Positions 50,866-63,869 of a stretch of 64,000 bases of DNA are shown piece after piece; the first letter of the stretch is position 1; each line of letters opens with the position of its first letter. The notes below the pieces were generated by a model. That model worked only from the letters and a program-made list of their open reading frames with translations. It was not told the DNA's origin and searched no databases. This DNA is from Eledone cirrhosa (Eukaryota), in the NCBI GenBank assembly GCA_964016885.1, contig OZ024749.1:52514001-52578000 (forward strand), given 5' to 3'. The position numbers and the translations under genes were made by a program.

Positions 50866-51210
50866 ATTATATATATATTATATATTATATTATATATATA
50901 TTATATTATATATATAATATATTATATATATAATATATTATATATATATATATAATATATATACATACATAATATATATATATTATATAAATATATATAA
51001 AGCATATATATATATTTTATATGTAATATATATATCATATATATAATATATATATATTTATATACTATATATATATTATATATATATATTTAATATTTAT
51101 ATACTATATATAATGCATATATATTATATATATATTATATATATCCTATATATATTATATTTATAAAATATATAATATATATACAATATATATATTATAT
51201 ATATATTTAG

Positions 51211-51251
<41 letters not shown>

Positions 51252-51816
51252 TATAAATATATATATATGATTTATATCATATATATATATAGTATATATA
51301 TTCACAGATCTTGAGAAATATTTCTGTGTACACACACACACACATACATACATATACATACATATATATACACATACACACACAATTCTTGTAAGTTATC
51401 AAAAGAGAACAAATTTCGATGTTGTCAAAAGATTTTAGGGGGACTTATTCGGAAGTGTTCTGTTAAATAATAGACTTTGTTTCGTCACCTTTGAACTAAT
51501 CAGGGATTGGCACCAACAAAATAAAGTAAATTATAATATAAAAACGAAACTTTAAAAACAAATAAACAAACAAGATATTGACAGTTGTGTTGAAACACGA
51601 AATAAAAAAATATCTAATAAATAAAATAAGAATTCATAAAAGTTTATATATATATATTGTATTCAGACGCACACATATATATACATACACACACACACAT
51701 ATATATATATATAAACATATATTTGTTTATCTTTATTTATATTTATATTTATTTATCTATAAATATATATACATATATATACATTTATATATAAACACAC
51801 ACACACTTTATATGTA

Positions 51817-51854
<38 letters not shown>

Positions 51855-52034
51855 GAGATAACGAAGGAAATGTGGTAAGGAACCAGGTGGACCATATATA
51901 TAGATAGATATATAATTATTTGTTCCTGACTGATAACAGAAGCAAATGAGTTATTTGGTTTTTATAGGTAGTTTAACATTGCCGGATAGTTTATATAGGA
52001 AGTGTGGGTATATTCCAAAGTGGTTGGTACCGTC

Positions 52035-52402
52035 ATGCCATTCCTTGCATACATCGTGCTTCCTGTTGCTCTTGTCTGTTTCACATTGTATGTTGTCCGT
52101 GTTGCAAGAATCCTGCGCTTCCACGGAGGACCGTTGTTCTACTCCAGTGATGTCACCCTTTATGGGAAAACGGTTTTGGTGACAGGTGGTAATGCCGGGA
52201 TAGGAAAAGAAACGGCTCTGGACATGGCCAGTCGGGGTGCCAGAGTTATACTTGCATGTAGAGACTTAATCAAAGCTGAAAATACCGCCAAGGAAATTCG
52301 AAAGACTACTGGCAATGAAAGTGTTGTGACAGTACATTTGGATTTAGCAGATTTAGAATCGGTGAGAAAAATGACACAAGTAATCCTAAAGAATGAAAGC
52401 CG
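52035..52402 (+). CDS. retinol dehydrogenase 11/12/13/14-like SDR, coding exon 1
   Basis: ATG at 52035; hydrophobic N-terminal anchor; TGGNAGIG cofactor motif; ACR (basic residue, NADP(H) preference); LDLADL; donor CG|GTATGT (phase 2). Confidence 0.93.
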
Positions 52403-52631
52403 GTATGTAATTACAATTATTTCTAGAAAATCTTTCTATTTCTACATTTATTTTCAGTTTGTAATTTCCTTTGAAATATAACAAAACAAAACGAAACAAA
52501 ACACACAAAAAAAAGGTAAATTCTTAAGAAGATAAACGGTGTTTCGCTAGATTGACCTCTATTAAAAGAAATCCCGTCACATAACTATGAAGGGAAGTGT
52601 AATTATCGTGTATTGCCACGCTTCCTTTCGT

Positions 52632-52677
<46 letters not shown>

Positions 52678-53269
52678 TCTCTTATTCCCACTACCCTTCT
52701 CTTAACAATAATTCGTTGTTCGTCCATTTTTTTTTTACGGATTATAGACAGAATTGCCGGAAACAAGCCATCTAATACTTGTTAAATAATATGCCTTTCC
52801 TTCATACCGGCAGAATAGTTTTCAAGAAATTTAAGTACATACACAGTTGCTGTTGTTGCTGTTTAACCACGGGTCAATCTTAATCCTGCAGACCTATCAT
52901 CAAAAGTCTTCTTACATTCTTATTTTAACCATCCCGAAAATGATTCTTGTTTTATTTTTTCATACATAATTTATCTAGAACCACATTGTCCAAAGTTGTC
53001 CTTGTCTTTTTACGATGGTAATGTGTGCTTTATTTTTCATATAAGATTAAATACAAGTAGATAGATATAATCAATGAATTATTGCTAGGAAGTTTATAAA
53101 TATAATATATAAAGTTTATATAATACACAAGTTTATATAATAAACAAAAATATATAATCAAAACGAGAGAAGGAAAAAAACAGCCGTGAATGGCAGACTT
53201 TACACTAAGTTCGAGTAATTTGGGAGAGATTTGGCTGCTATTTCTTACAGACTGAGCGATCACGTAGAA

Positions 53270-53613
53270 CAGAAGTTCTCAAAGTGGTACGGGAGGTAGA
53301 GATGATATAATAGTATATTAAATATCAAATGATACATATATATATAAGTATAGTGAAATAAAAAATATATATATATATTTATTTATACATAGTATATATT
53401 ATACTATTTATATTTAATATATATAAATTAACGATTTTATTTATTATATATTATTTACAATTTAAAATAAAGTACCATTAATGCACTGGGTAATTGCTGG
53501 CCTTGTGCCTAAAGTAGAAACAATTATTTACAATTTGCCTGTGGTCAGGTCTCTGGAAATACGGCTATTTAGTCGTGAGGGGGGCGGTGGCTCAAAAAGT
53601 TTGAGAACCTTTG
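53270..53613. mobile_element. degenerate hAT-like MITE in the RDH intron, with a nested SINE tail
   Basis: Ends CAGAAGTTCTCAAA / TTTGAGAACCTTTG; type B SINE tail at ~53465-53530. Confidence 0.45.
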
Positions 53614-54572
53614 GTGTAGTGCAGGAAAGAAAACTTAAGGAGTTGGGGGGGGGGGGGGGGGGGGGTTATGATCTTTATAACATGATGACAGGATGACGGT
53701 GAAGACAAAATGATAGAAAATACAGGTAAACTAATAAGTCAGGTTTATATTTAGAAATCATCTTGAGAATATGATACATACACAGGTGTGTGAGTGTATA
53801 GGTATATCTCTATATATATAACAACCAGTCATAAGTAGTTGTGTGTAAAAAGTAAATACATAACAGTAAACAACACAGTACATTCAAGAAATATATGTGC
53901 GTGTGGCTGAACAAAATTCAACTAAGTTATTTTTGCAGTGACAGACTCTATACCCTAGTCTAGGTGGTATATCTCAGCTGTGGTAGGGAGTGACAGATTC
54001 TATACCCCAGTCTAGGTGGTATATCTCAGCTATAAGGGACACTCCACATCGGTCTAGGTGGTTTATCTCAGTTATAAGGGACGCCCCACATCAATTTAGG
54101 TGGTTTATCTCGGCTGTGAGTGACAGTTAATGAGGCAATCAGTGTTGTTTTATACTTTATAAGAATGTCTTGTTAATGTGGTTTCGTGTGATACAGGACG
54201 TTGTGAGTGAACCTTTTGTGGATATTTCCTGTTCTTAGCTTCATTATAGATTTTACTCCTACCAATTCCCACTATAGAGGATGATTTCTTAGTTTCTATG
54301 TTGTAAATAATATAATAGATGTATTCTCTTCAATTATATTATTTGATTAATCTTAACATTATCATATTTCTAATGAAATACATTGTCTATGATTTTTAAA
54401 TCATTTTGGATTTAGCAAAATAACTAACTTCCTCCTTATTAAGCTTGTGTTTTGGCCATAACTTAAGAAAGGTTCTTAGTTTAAAATTAACAGCAAAAAA
54501 ATAAATCTTTTTTCATTCATTTTTCTTGAATTCGCATATTTTTCTATTTTTCTTTTTTTCTCTCTCTTCCAG

Positions 54573-55215
54573 GTTAGATATATTAATCAATAATGCTGGA
54601 ATTGGTGTGAAGATCAATGATAGAACAAAACAAAATTATGATATATTCTTTGGTGTGAACTACCTCGGACATTTTTTATTAACATACCTGTTACTTGATC
54701 TGCTGAAAAAGTCTGCCCCAAGCCGAATTATAAATGTCAGTTCTCATGCTCATATATTTGTTAAAAGACTTCCCAGTTCGGATAGAGGAGATGCTAGTAG
54801 CAGAATAAGGTACCCTCAGTTGTCTGGGTATGCCACAAGTAAATTAGCTAACATTCTACATGCAAAAGTTTTGGCTGAAAAACTCAAAGGTACTGGTGTC
54901 ACTGCTAATTCTTTGCACCCTGGAATGGTGAAGACTGAAATCTTAAAAAATAATCCTTTGAATGGTAAAGATTTACTTCGAATCAAAATATATAGACTTC
55001 TCTTCAAATACATGGGTAGATCTGCCAAGGACGGTGCCAAAGTGATTATATATATGGCAGTGGACAAAGGTCTTGAAAATGTCTCTGGACACTATTTTGA
55101 AAACATATCTATATCTACCAGTAATTTAAGCAAAATAGCAAAAGATCTAAATTTTGCTATGAAACTCTGGGATGTTAGTTTAAAAATGTGTAATGAAGTT
55201 TTAGAAGAAAATTAG
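54573..55215 (+). CDS. retinol dehydrogenase-like SDR, coding exon 2
   Basis: Long polypyrimidine tract and CAG| acceptor; in-frame join R-LDILINNAG; VNYLGHFLLT, NVSS, catalytic YATSK, LHPGMVKT; TAG at 55213-55215; total CDS 1011 nt (336 aa). Confidence 0.95.
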
Positions 55216-56484
55216 ACAAGGTTCTGTGTGTGTTTTTTGTTTTCCTTTTCCACTAAAAATGGGTGAAGTTAGAAAAGATCACCCAATTTTGCTATCATCA
55301 TACGTTGTTGCAAGACTTCATCCAGATAAACTTTTAATCACAAAAGTAAAAACAAAAAAAAACTGTTTTAAAACTACACAATGGCTCTCTACTACCTCGT
55401 TAAAGATAATTTTAGGGATGTATCTTATTAAAAATTAAACTACCTTAAAATTCACGTGTTGAACTTTCAAAAAGAGAAAAATGGAGGGTGAGAAGAAGTT
55501 TATTTTAAGTGTTTATACCATTCCTTAACTGCCATTTATATTTGATTGGGAGAAATATTGACAATTTTAAAACGATATCAGATATTTTTTCTTATGAATT
55601 AAAATAAAAAAATTTTTTTCTTTTAATAATTTTGAGGCAGCACTTTATATATTTTAACACGTTTAACGATAATCCACTGAGGTGGGAAAAAAAATATCAT
55701 TTTTAAAAAACTTTTTTGAAAAAAACAATTCTTTTTAAAACTTTCTAGATGCAATCAACATTAAAATTGTAAATTTTGTATTGAGAGTATGGAATAAGTT
55801 GCTATGACTTGTTGGTACTTGACAGGTTTTTATAAGGAACTCTGACGAATTGTCTGGTAATTGTGTATGTGTGCAAATCTGTGTGTGTGAGTTTCTCGAC
55901 CTGTTAGTGATTGTGTTAGTAAAAGTATATATGTAGCTATAGCTATGTATGTATATAAATTTATTGGTTTGTTAATGTATGTCTATTTTCATTTCCAACA
56001 TAATGGTTCTAAACCAGCGCTGCTCACAATATCTTGGGAAGAAAATATTTTAAATTGAATATTTTATAAGATGTAATTTTTGTACTGTTTGTGTGTGTGT
56101 GTGTATGTATGAGAGCATATGTATGTATATGAATGTATATAAAATATGTATGTTTGTATATATTATTGCAAGGCACTTTTTACCTTATTCTTGCTTTGAA
56201 TAGAAAATCATTCAATACGCCTGTATGTATGTATGTGTATATTTTGTGTGTGTTTTGTTTGTTTAAAGATTTATATTGAGTTAGTTCAATTGAAAGTGAT
56301 TGTTGTAAAAATATTTCTCGTTTCTCCAATGAAAGTTGCTTTTAAAAATAGGTTGATTAATAAACCTCTTTTTTAATATTTTTTAATGGATTCAATATAA
56401 TGCTAACTCCTTACAATCAGAATTACTTTTAAACTCTGCAAATCAGGGATATATATATATATTTTTTTCTTTTTACACTAAACA

Positions 56485-56645
56485 AATCAGGGTTCATTTT
56501 ACACTCATCCAATGAGGGTACGTTTTATACCCAGCTAATCAGGGTACGTTTTATACCCAATTACTCGGGGTATGTTTTATACCCAGCTAATCAGGGTATG
56601 TTTTATACCAAGCTAATCAGGGTATTATACCCAGTTAATCAGGTT
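56485..56645. repeat. 26-bp imperfect tandem repeat
   Basis: AATCAGGGTACGTTTTATACCCAGCT x~6. Confidence 0.8.
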
Positions 56646-58161
56646 TTTCTCTCAAACAATCCTCATATTGGACCAAGGAAACTGTCTCCTGTGGTCCCTC
56701 CATTTCTTATATGTTCTGCAGATCACAACAAATGAAAATTAATTATACAATCTTACATGTATTTTTTTATTATATTGTATTGGAAAGAAAATATTCTTTG
56801 AAAAGCTCTTGAATGCTTTGTATATAGTAAATATTTGTAGATCAAACCTTTGAAACAAAACAACGAATTTTGTGTATTATTGTCTGACATACATGTCTAA
56901 CTATTGTATATTTCTGTGTGTCTATCAATAATCTTTGGTAAATTGCTTCTTTAAAATTCACGAAAATACACTTACAATATTATGTTGGTCAAAAATCTTT
57001 TTTTTTTTTTCTTTATTAATTCTGTTTTTTTTTTTATATAGTATATGTGTATTGGCAAAGTTGGTAGAGCATCGGACAAAATAATGTATGGTGTGTCTTG
57101 GATATTTTAAATCTCTCTCTCCCACATCAGAACAAAGCCAATTTCTTCCAGAGAAAATCAACTCCAATTATAGACTGGTGGTATTATATCGACCCTGAAA
57201 GAATGAAAAGCAAACTTGACTTCTGTGGGGTTTGAACTCAGAATTCAATGAACCACAACAAATACCAAGGTATTTTTAATCTGACACTCTAACGACTCAA
57301 TTTGCCACCGTGGATAACTGGGTACGAACTATTGACCCTATGACTGATAATCTGAGGATCTTAGCCTCAGTGGTCAGCTGAAAACTCCATCATCATTTAA
57401 TGTCCATTTTCTCTGCTAGTAAAGGTTTTATCATGGCACCAGCACTAAGGGGGTTTTCATAGCCTTCAAACAGAAGAGTCCCCCCCCCCCCTGAACCTTT
57501 TTATCATGTTCACACCAACACTAGAGAGGTTACTGTACCCTTAGTACGACTGAATGAACATACATACACACACACACACGCACACGGGGGGGGGGGGATA
57601 ATTTGTATATATTTGCAACTATGCCTTTCTTAAAAATATTTATAGTACTATATTTAGATAAATGTGTGTCCATTGTATGTTGTAAGAATTGACTAAAACT
57701 GTTGGTGCCAAGTTGGGTGTCCAACCATAAAATCTTTACCTCAAAGAGACACCCACCCACCCTCTCCCCTTCTCATGGTTAGTATGAAACTTTATGGAGA
57801 GGGCTGCAAAGCTAACTCTTGATTTAGCAGGGAAAATGGCCTTTTGAATTGCAAGTACAGTCCATCTGAAATGTTTCCATTAACCCAAATCCACCATTGA
57901 TATGGATTTGATCAAATTAAAGATGTTTCAAATGATACTTCTCCCAAAATACTATACAATAAAATTGAACCCAGGAATCTAATGATTGTGAAACAAACTT
58001 CTTAACCATTTAGCTATACTGTATCAACAGATCATCAGATCAGTGCAGAAGTCATAATTCCACATCTCAGAAATTCAAGCAAGAAAGGACTAATGCAGAC
58101 ATGTCTATTAGTAAATAAACAAAAACAATACTTATTTCTTTCTTCCCCATCTAATATCTTG

Positions 58162-58390
58162 TGGAGACACGTGGCCTAGTGGTAAGGATGTTGGACTTAT
58201 GATCATAATGTCAGTTTGATTCCTGGACTGTGTTGTGTTCTGGAGCAAAACACTTCATTTCACTTTGCTCCAATATACTCAGCTGAAAATGTGTACTAGC
58301 AGCAATGGACTGGCATCCTGTACTCTGTTTATTAAAGCCATAGAAACTGAGATAAACACTGGCAGATGAGCCCCCAGGCTCAAGATTTAG
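58162..58390 (+). mobile_element. CORE-type SINE with alternative tail, degenerate
   Basis: GTGGCCTAGTGGTAAGG A-box, GAGCAAAACACTTCATTTCAC, GCAATGGACTGGCATCC. Confidence 0.7.
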
Positions 58391-59108
58391 ACATCTAATA
58401 TGTTCCACGAGAATATATTTATTTACTCCAGTATTCAGAATGTTGTTTTCACGAAGTGTTTCAGCTGTGACAAAACAGTCAGTCTTAATATATTGTCGTT
58501 CTTCCATTTTCAAAAATTGTTTTAAACTTACCTGTACTCATTGTAAAAATTTGTAATGGATTTTTTTTTTTTTTTTTTAACCAATGACAAGAAAATAAAT
58601 TAATTTGAATTTAATTATTTTTGTGTTGGCTGTCAATGTTTAAAAAGTAATATTGTATATATATATATATATATATATTTAACGTCCATCTTCCACGCTA
58701 GCATGGGTTAGACGGTTTTGTTCCATTTGATGTAGGAATGGTCGGGAGACCATGTCTCGCTGTCACGGAAGCGTCTCTGAGCACCATACACAATTTTTAT
58801 TATCACATATAAGTAGATTCCCGAGTTGTGTTGAGGACCACAATTCAAAGAGGTAGAGTATAGGCATTTTTATTATATATAGAAATGACTTCTACAGAAC
58901 TAGAACTGTTTTATTCATACAAAATCATCAGGAAACACGCACACATATATTTAAAAGTTAGTACCTGATGGCTGAGCTCCTGCTGTTTGAATGCAATTAA
59001 CCACTTGAGCTCAGATGTTGAGCACTAACTTTTAACTATACATTAAAATCACTGAATAATGAGCTAAATATGGTCTTGTTGAACACCCAATCTATATATG
59101 GTAGATAT

Positions 59109-59162
59109 ATTCTTGTCTGATGACCCTGTGAACAAACAGATGAAACTCCAGAGTAACACAAT
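59109..59162 (+). ncRNA. hammerhead-like motif, imperfect stems
   Basis: TGT-CTGATGA-cc CTGT(GAACAA)ACAG at-GAAA-CTC(CA)GAG-TA^ACA. Confidence 0.4.
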
Positions 59163-59270
59163 TCACTATTTAGCCTTAGTAAAATGATTAAAAAAAATAT
59201 ATAGTTCAGGATAAAAGGAAGACAAACACAAAAACCAATTAGTCCTAATTTCACACTTTATATATATTTG

Positions 59271-59302
<32 letters not shown>

Positions 59303-59859
59303 CACAACCAAATAGATTATCGCTCTACAATATGGCTGAATACAATAAATATAATCTGAGTTTTTCGAATAATATTCGATTCATTTGCAATTATACAAAC
59401 AGCCTCTTTAAGCAAAGTCGTGTGTGATCACCATTTAATGTCCCACACTAGCATGGATTAGATGAGTTGTCCTGTTGTGAGAAATGCTGAGTCAGGTCAC
59501 AATGTCTTCTTCATACAGAACTGATTTTGAATTGGTTTCTACAGCTAGATGCCCTTCCTAAAACTAACCACATTCACATAGTGTAGCTGCAACACTATTT
59601 GAATTATCAGATGTAATATTAGGAAAAGGACTTGCCATTATGCATCTTTGCTGTTGAATCATATTGGTGGTGCGAGAGCAGAATTAATTATTATTGAGTA
59701 AAATGACTGGTGAAATTCCTTCAAAGATTTATTATAATAAATCTTTGAAGGAATTTCATGAGTCCGACCTTAAGTTATTTTACTCAATAATATATATATA
59801 TAAATAAATATAAATAAAATATATATAAATAAAATATATATATATATATATAAATATAT

Positions 59860-60180
59860 GGAGGCACATGGCTTAGTGGTTAGAGCATTGGCCTTGCAAT
59901 CGAAAGGTTGTGAGTTCAATTCTCAGACCGGGTGATGTATTGTTTCCTTGAGCAAGGTACTTTATTTCACATTGCTCCAGTTTACTCAGCTGTAGAAATG
60001 AGATGATAGGGACTGGGGTCCATATCATTCCACGGCAAAAAAAGCACCCAGCACTCACTGTAAATGAGGTTGGTGTTAGGAAGGGCATCCAGCTGTAGAA
60101 ATCAAGCCAGAATCAGTTCCTGCCCCACCCTTGCAAGCAGGGAAAAGTGAACGTAAAATGAAATGAAATGATGAAATGAT
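59860..60180 (+). mobile_element. type A SINE (left arm of an inverted pair)
   Basis: Near-identical to 22263-22603 apart from a short internal deletion. Confidence 0.9.
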
Positions 60181-60200
60181 ATATAAATATATATATAAAT

Positions 60201-60490
60201 ATCATCATCATTTCATTTTCCGTCCGCTTTTTCCCTGCTTGCAAGGGTGGGACGGGAACTGTTTCTGGCTTGATTTCTACAGCTGGATGCCCTTCCTAAC
60301 ACCAACCTCATTTACAGAGAGTGCTGGGTGCTTTTTTTTGCCGTGGCACCTCCACAACCACTTTTCTACAGCTGAGTAAACTGGAGCAATGTGAAATAAA
60401 GTGTCTTGCTCAAGGAAACAACACATCACCCGGTCTGAGAATTGAACCCACAACCTTTCGATTGCAAGGCCAATGCTCTAACCACTAAGC
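60201..60490 (-). mobile_element. type A SINE (right arm of an inverted pair)
   Basis: Reverse complement of type A; lacks the internal hairpin segment. Confidence 0.9.
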
Positions 60491-61639
60491 TATATATATA
60501 TATATATATATATTGTGTTCATAATTTCTTTAACTGGCTGATAAGCTCATCTGATGCACCCCCCCCCCCCCCCCCCCCCTTACATCTACCACCACCCTCT
60601 TTAGCTTCAATCGTATCTGCAATGTCATTCAAGTACATCCTCTTATCATGCCTGCTGCTCCTCCACCTCAGTCCTGTATTGCTCCTCCATTGAAACACAC
60701 ACACACACAGTTAAGATAGACATTAGCCGATGATAATGATATATGTGTGTGCTTGTATATATATATGTATAAGTATATATATGTGTATATATTATCATTT
60801 AACATCCATTTTCCACACTAGCATGGGTTGGGCGGGTTGTCCCATTAGCGGCAAGTTGGATCAGATGACTGTTTCTGGCCCGATCCGGGGTGAGCCATGC
60901 CAAGTTGGACAGAGCTGAGTTGAACCAAGCTTAGTTGAGCTGGACAGCTAAGTTGAGCCAGGCCAGGCCTAGCTGGACAGCTGGGTTGAGCCAAGCCAAG
61001 GTGAGCTGTACTTATATAATATGTAAGTCCTGGAGTACTCTATATAATGTGTAAGTGAATAAACATTTTTAATGAGAGTTAGTTGATTCTCTTTCAATTA
61101 ATTTTGTATCATCATGTATATATATAAGGGAACAAAGAAACAGTGTTACACCATTTCACTGTCGATCAGCTCAAGGAACAATTGATTAATGTTCAAAACT
61201 GACTCTGGAATCGGAAGCTCCTCAGATATGTGTTAACATATGGACTTGCATCTCTCTCTCTCTATATATATATATATATAAAACACACACATTTAAACAA
61301 ACACATACACTCACACATATCGACACTAATACACACACACTTCATTTTGCGTTCCAGCTCGTTACCAAGACTACCAAACAGTTTGTCTTCTTTACACTCT
61401 TTATTTTTTTTCCTTACTTTACCTCCTTTATTTCCTTTTCTCCTTTGTGATCCTGTCTCTATTTTTGTACTCCCGAGGAAGGACTAAAACCCGACACGTC
61501 AAACTTTCTCCTTTTCCATATAAAGCATGAAACTAATAAGACTCTTTGTACCTCTGTTTGTTGTCTCCTTGAACTATATATATATATATATATACACACA
61601 CACATATATATATGTGGAAGATAGATGTTAAATGATGAT

Positions 61640-61680
<41 letters not shown>

Positions 61681-61699
61681 TGTGGAAGATGTTAAACGA

Positions 61700-61736
<37 letters not shown>

Positions 61737-61805
61737 CACATATATGTGGAAGATGTTAAACGATGATAGATAGATATATATATATATATATATATACATA
61801 TGCGT

Positions 61806-61853
61806 TTATCCTGATGATTTCCTTCGAATGAAACAGTTCTAGTCCTGTAGAAG
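61806..61853 (+). ncRNA. hammerhead-like motif in a dispersed element (homologue at 58888-58936, minus)
   Basis: TC-CTGATGA-t TTC(CTTC)GAA t-GAAA-CAG(TTCTAGTC)CTG-TA^GA. Confidence 0.45.
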
Positions 61854-61874
61854 CCATTTCTATTTTAAATATTG

Positions 61875-61942
61875 TATATACTCTACTATGTATTGAGTAC
61901 CTTACTTACTATGGTTACCCTTGATTGAACCCGGGAAACACA

Positions 61943-61996
<54 letters not shown>

Positions 61997-62068
61997 TGTT
62001 TGTGTTTCCCGGGTTCAATCAAGGGTAACCATAGTAAGTAAGGTACTCAATACATAGTAGAGTATATA
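61875..62068. repeat. inverted repeat with perfect 65-bp unique arms around (TA)n
   Basis: 61881-61945 is the exact reverse complement of 61998-62062. Confidence 0.95.
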
Positions 62069-62104
62069 TATGTATATATATATGTATATATGTATATATA
62101 TATG

Positions 62105-62158
<54 letters not shown>

Positions 62159-62292
62159 GGTGGAGTCAGAGTGTATTGTGGGATTGGTTTCAATGATCTG
62201 AGCTCAACTTTGCCTTTCATCCTTTGAAGGTCGATAAAAAAAAAAAAATACTGATACTCAAGGTTTCTTCAGCTTTATCTCTCTCTGGAAGA

Positions 62293-63112
62293 CACCACCA
62301 CCACCTATACCTCCCCCGCCACCTATACCCCCACCACCACCACCCATTATTACCACCACCATCACCACCTATACCTCCCCCGCCACCTATACCCCCACCA
62401 CCATCACCACCTATACCTCCCCCGCCACCACCCATTATTACCACCACTATCACCACCTATACCCCGCCACCTATTATTACCACCACTATCACCACCTATA
62501 CCCCCACCACCACCACCCATTATTACCACCACCATCACCACCTATACCCCCACCACCACCACCCATTATTACCACCACCATCACCACCTATACCCCCCCC
62601 CCCCCGCTGCCGCCCATTATTACCACCACTATCACCACCTATACCCCCCCCCCCCGCTGCCGCCCATTATTACCACCACTATCACCACCTATACCCCGCC
62701 CCCCCGCCACCCATTATTACCACCACCATCACCACCTATACCCCCCCCCGCCACCCATTATTACCACCACCATCACCACCTATACCCCCCCCCCCCGCTG
62801 CCGCCCATTATTACCACCACTATCACCACCTATACCCCGCCCCCCATTATTACCACCACTATCACTACCTATACCCCGCCCCCCCGCCACCCATTATTAC
62901 CACCACTATCACCACCTATACCCCCACCACCACCACCCATTATTACCACCACTATCACCACCTATACCCCCACCACCACCACCCATTATTACCACCACTA
63001 TCACCACCTATACCCCCACCACCACCACCCATTATTACCACCACTATCACCACCTATACCCCCCCCCCCGCCACTCCACCCCCCATTATCACCACCTCCC
63101 CCACTACCACCA
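62293..63112. repeat. C-rich compound minisatellite
   Basis: Alternating CACCACCTATACCCC and CCCATTATTACCACCAC modules. Confidence 0.9.
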
Positions 63113-63259
63113 GTAATGGCTTAGCAATTTTGACCTAGTTTTCGAAGTCATTGTGCAGATAGCAATACATCTACCAGCAGGGAATACCTTGAAACACAAT
63201 CAACTCTTCCTACACTCTGTGCCTAAATCAGAAACCATTGTTGTTGTTGTTGTTATATA

Positions 63260-63676
63260 TAACAACAACAACAACAATGGTTTCTGATTTAGGCACAAGG
63301 CCAACAATTTTCATTAGAAAGGAAAGTCGATTAAATCAACCCCAGTACATTACTGGTACTTTAGTGTATCGACCTCCCGTAAGGATAAAAAGCAAAGCTA
63401 ACCTCGGTGGGATTGAACTTACAATATACTAGGGTGCAGAAAAGTTCCTGACTTGAAGGGTTTCATGAAAGGGTAGAACTGTTACCTTTACATGGGAAGT
63501 AGGACCCCTGCAATAACTGTGTGACTCTGAGAGGGGAACAGGTTGGATAAAATCATAATTAACTGATCCTCTTGTATGTTATTTTACCCAAAGACAGGAA
63601 CTTTTTAGCACCCTGGTAAAGAGGTGTAATTATATGCCACAAGGCATATTGTCCGACACTCTACCAATTCTGCCGA
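63260..63676 (-). mobile_element. type B SINE interrupted by a MITE
   Basis: Tail and central domain at 63260-63425; head (GGCAGAATTGGTAGAGTGTCGGAC) at ~63620-63676. Confidence 0.75.
63429..63616. mobile_element. Tc1/mariner-like MITE
   Basis: TIRs CTAGGGTGCAGAAAAGTTCCTG / CAGGAACTTTTTAGCACCCTGG, flanked by TA on both sides. Confidence 0.8.
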
Positions 63677-63869
63677 TAATGATAATCGCAATCTTCAGAA
63701 CTATGCCCTACAAAACACACTCAGATGCATAACAATAACCAAAACCTACAGAGGTGACGGACATCACACGCCTAGAGCCGTCATGTATGCGCGTATATGT
63801 ATTATATGTATATATATATGCATGTGTGTGTATGTATACATATATGCATGTGTGTATATATATATATAT

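Noticed and set aside
52002-52034. Upstream GTG start for the RDH ORF, and read-through to 52481
   Set aside because: In a eukaryotic context ATG 52035 is the start, and the frame is spliced at 52402
62224-63138. Pro-rich formin/extensin-like ORF
   Set aside because: Low-complexity C-rich repeat whose reading shifts between frames; begins inside a SINE fragment
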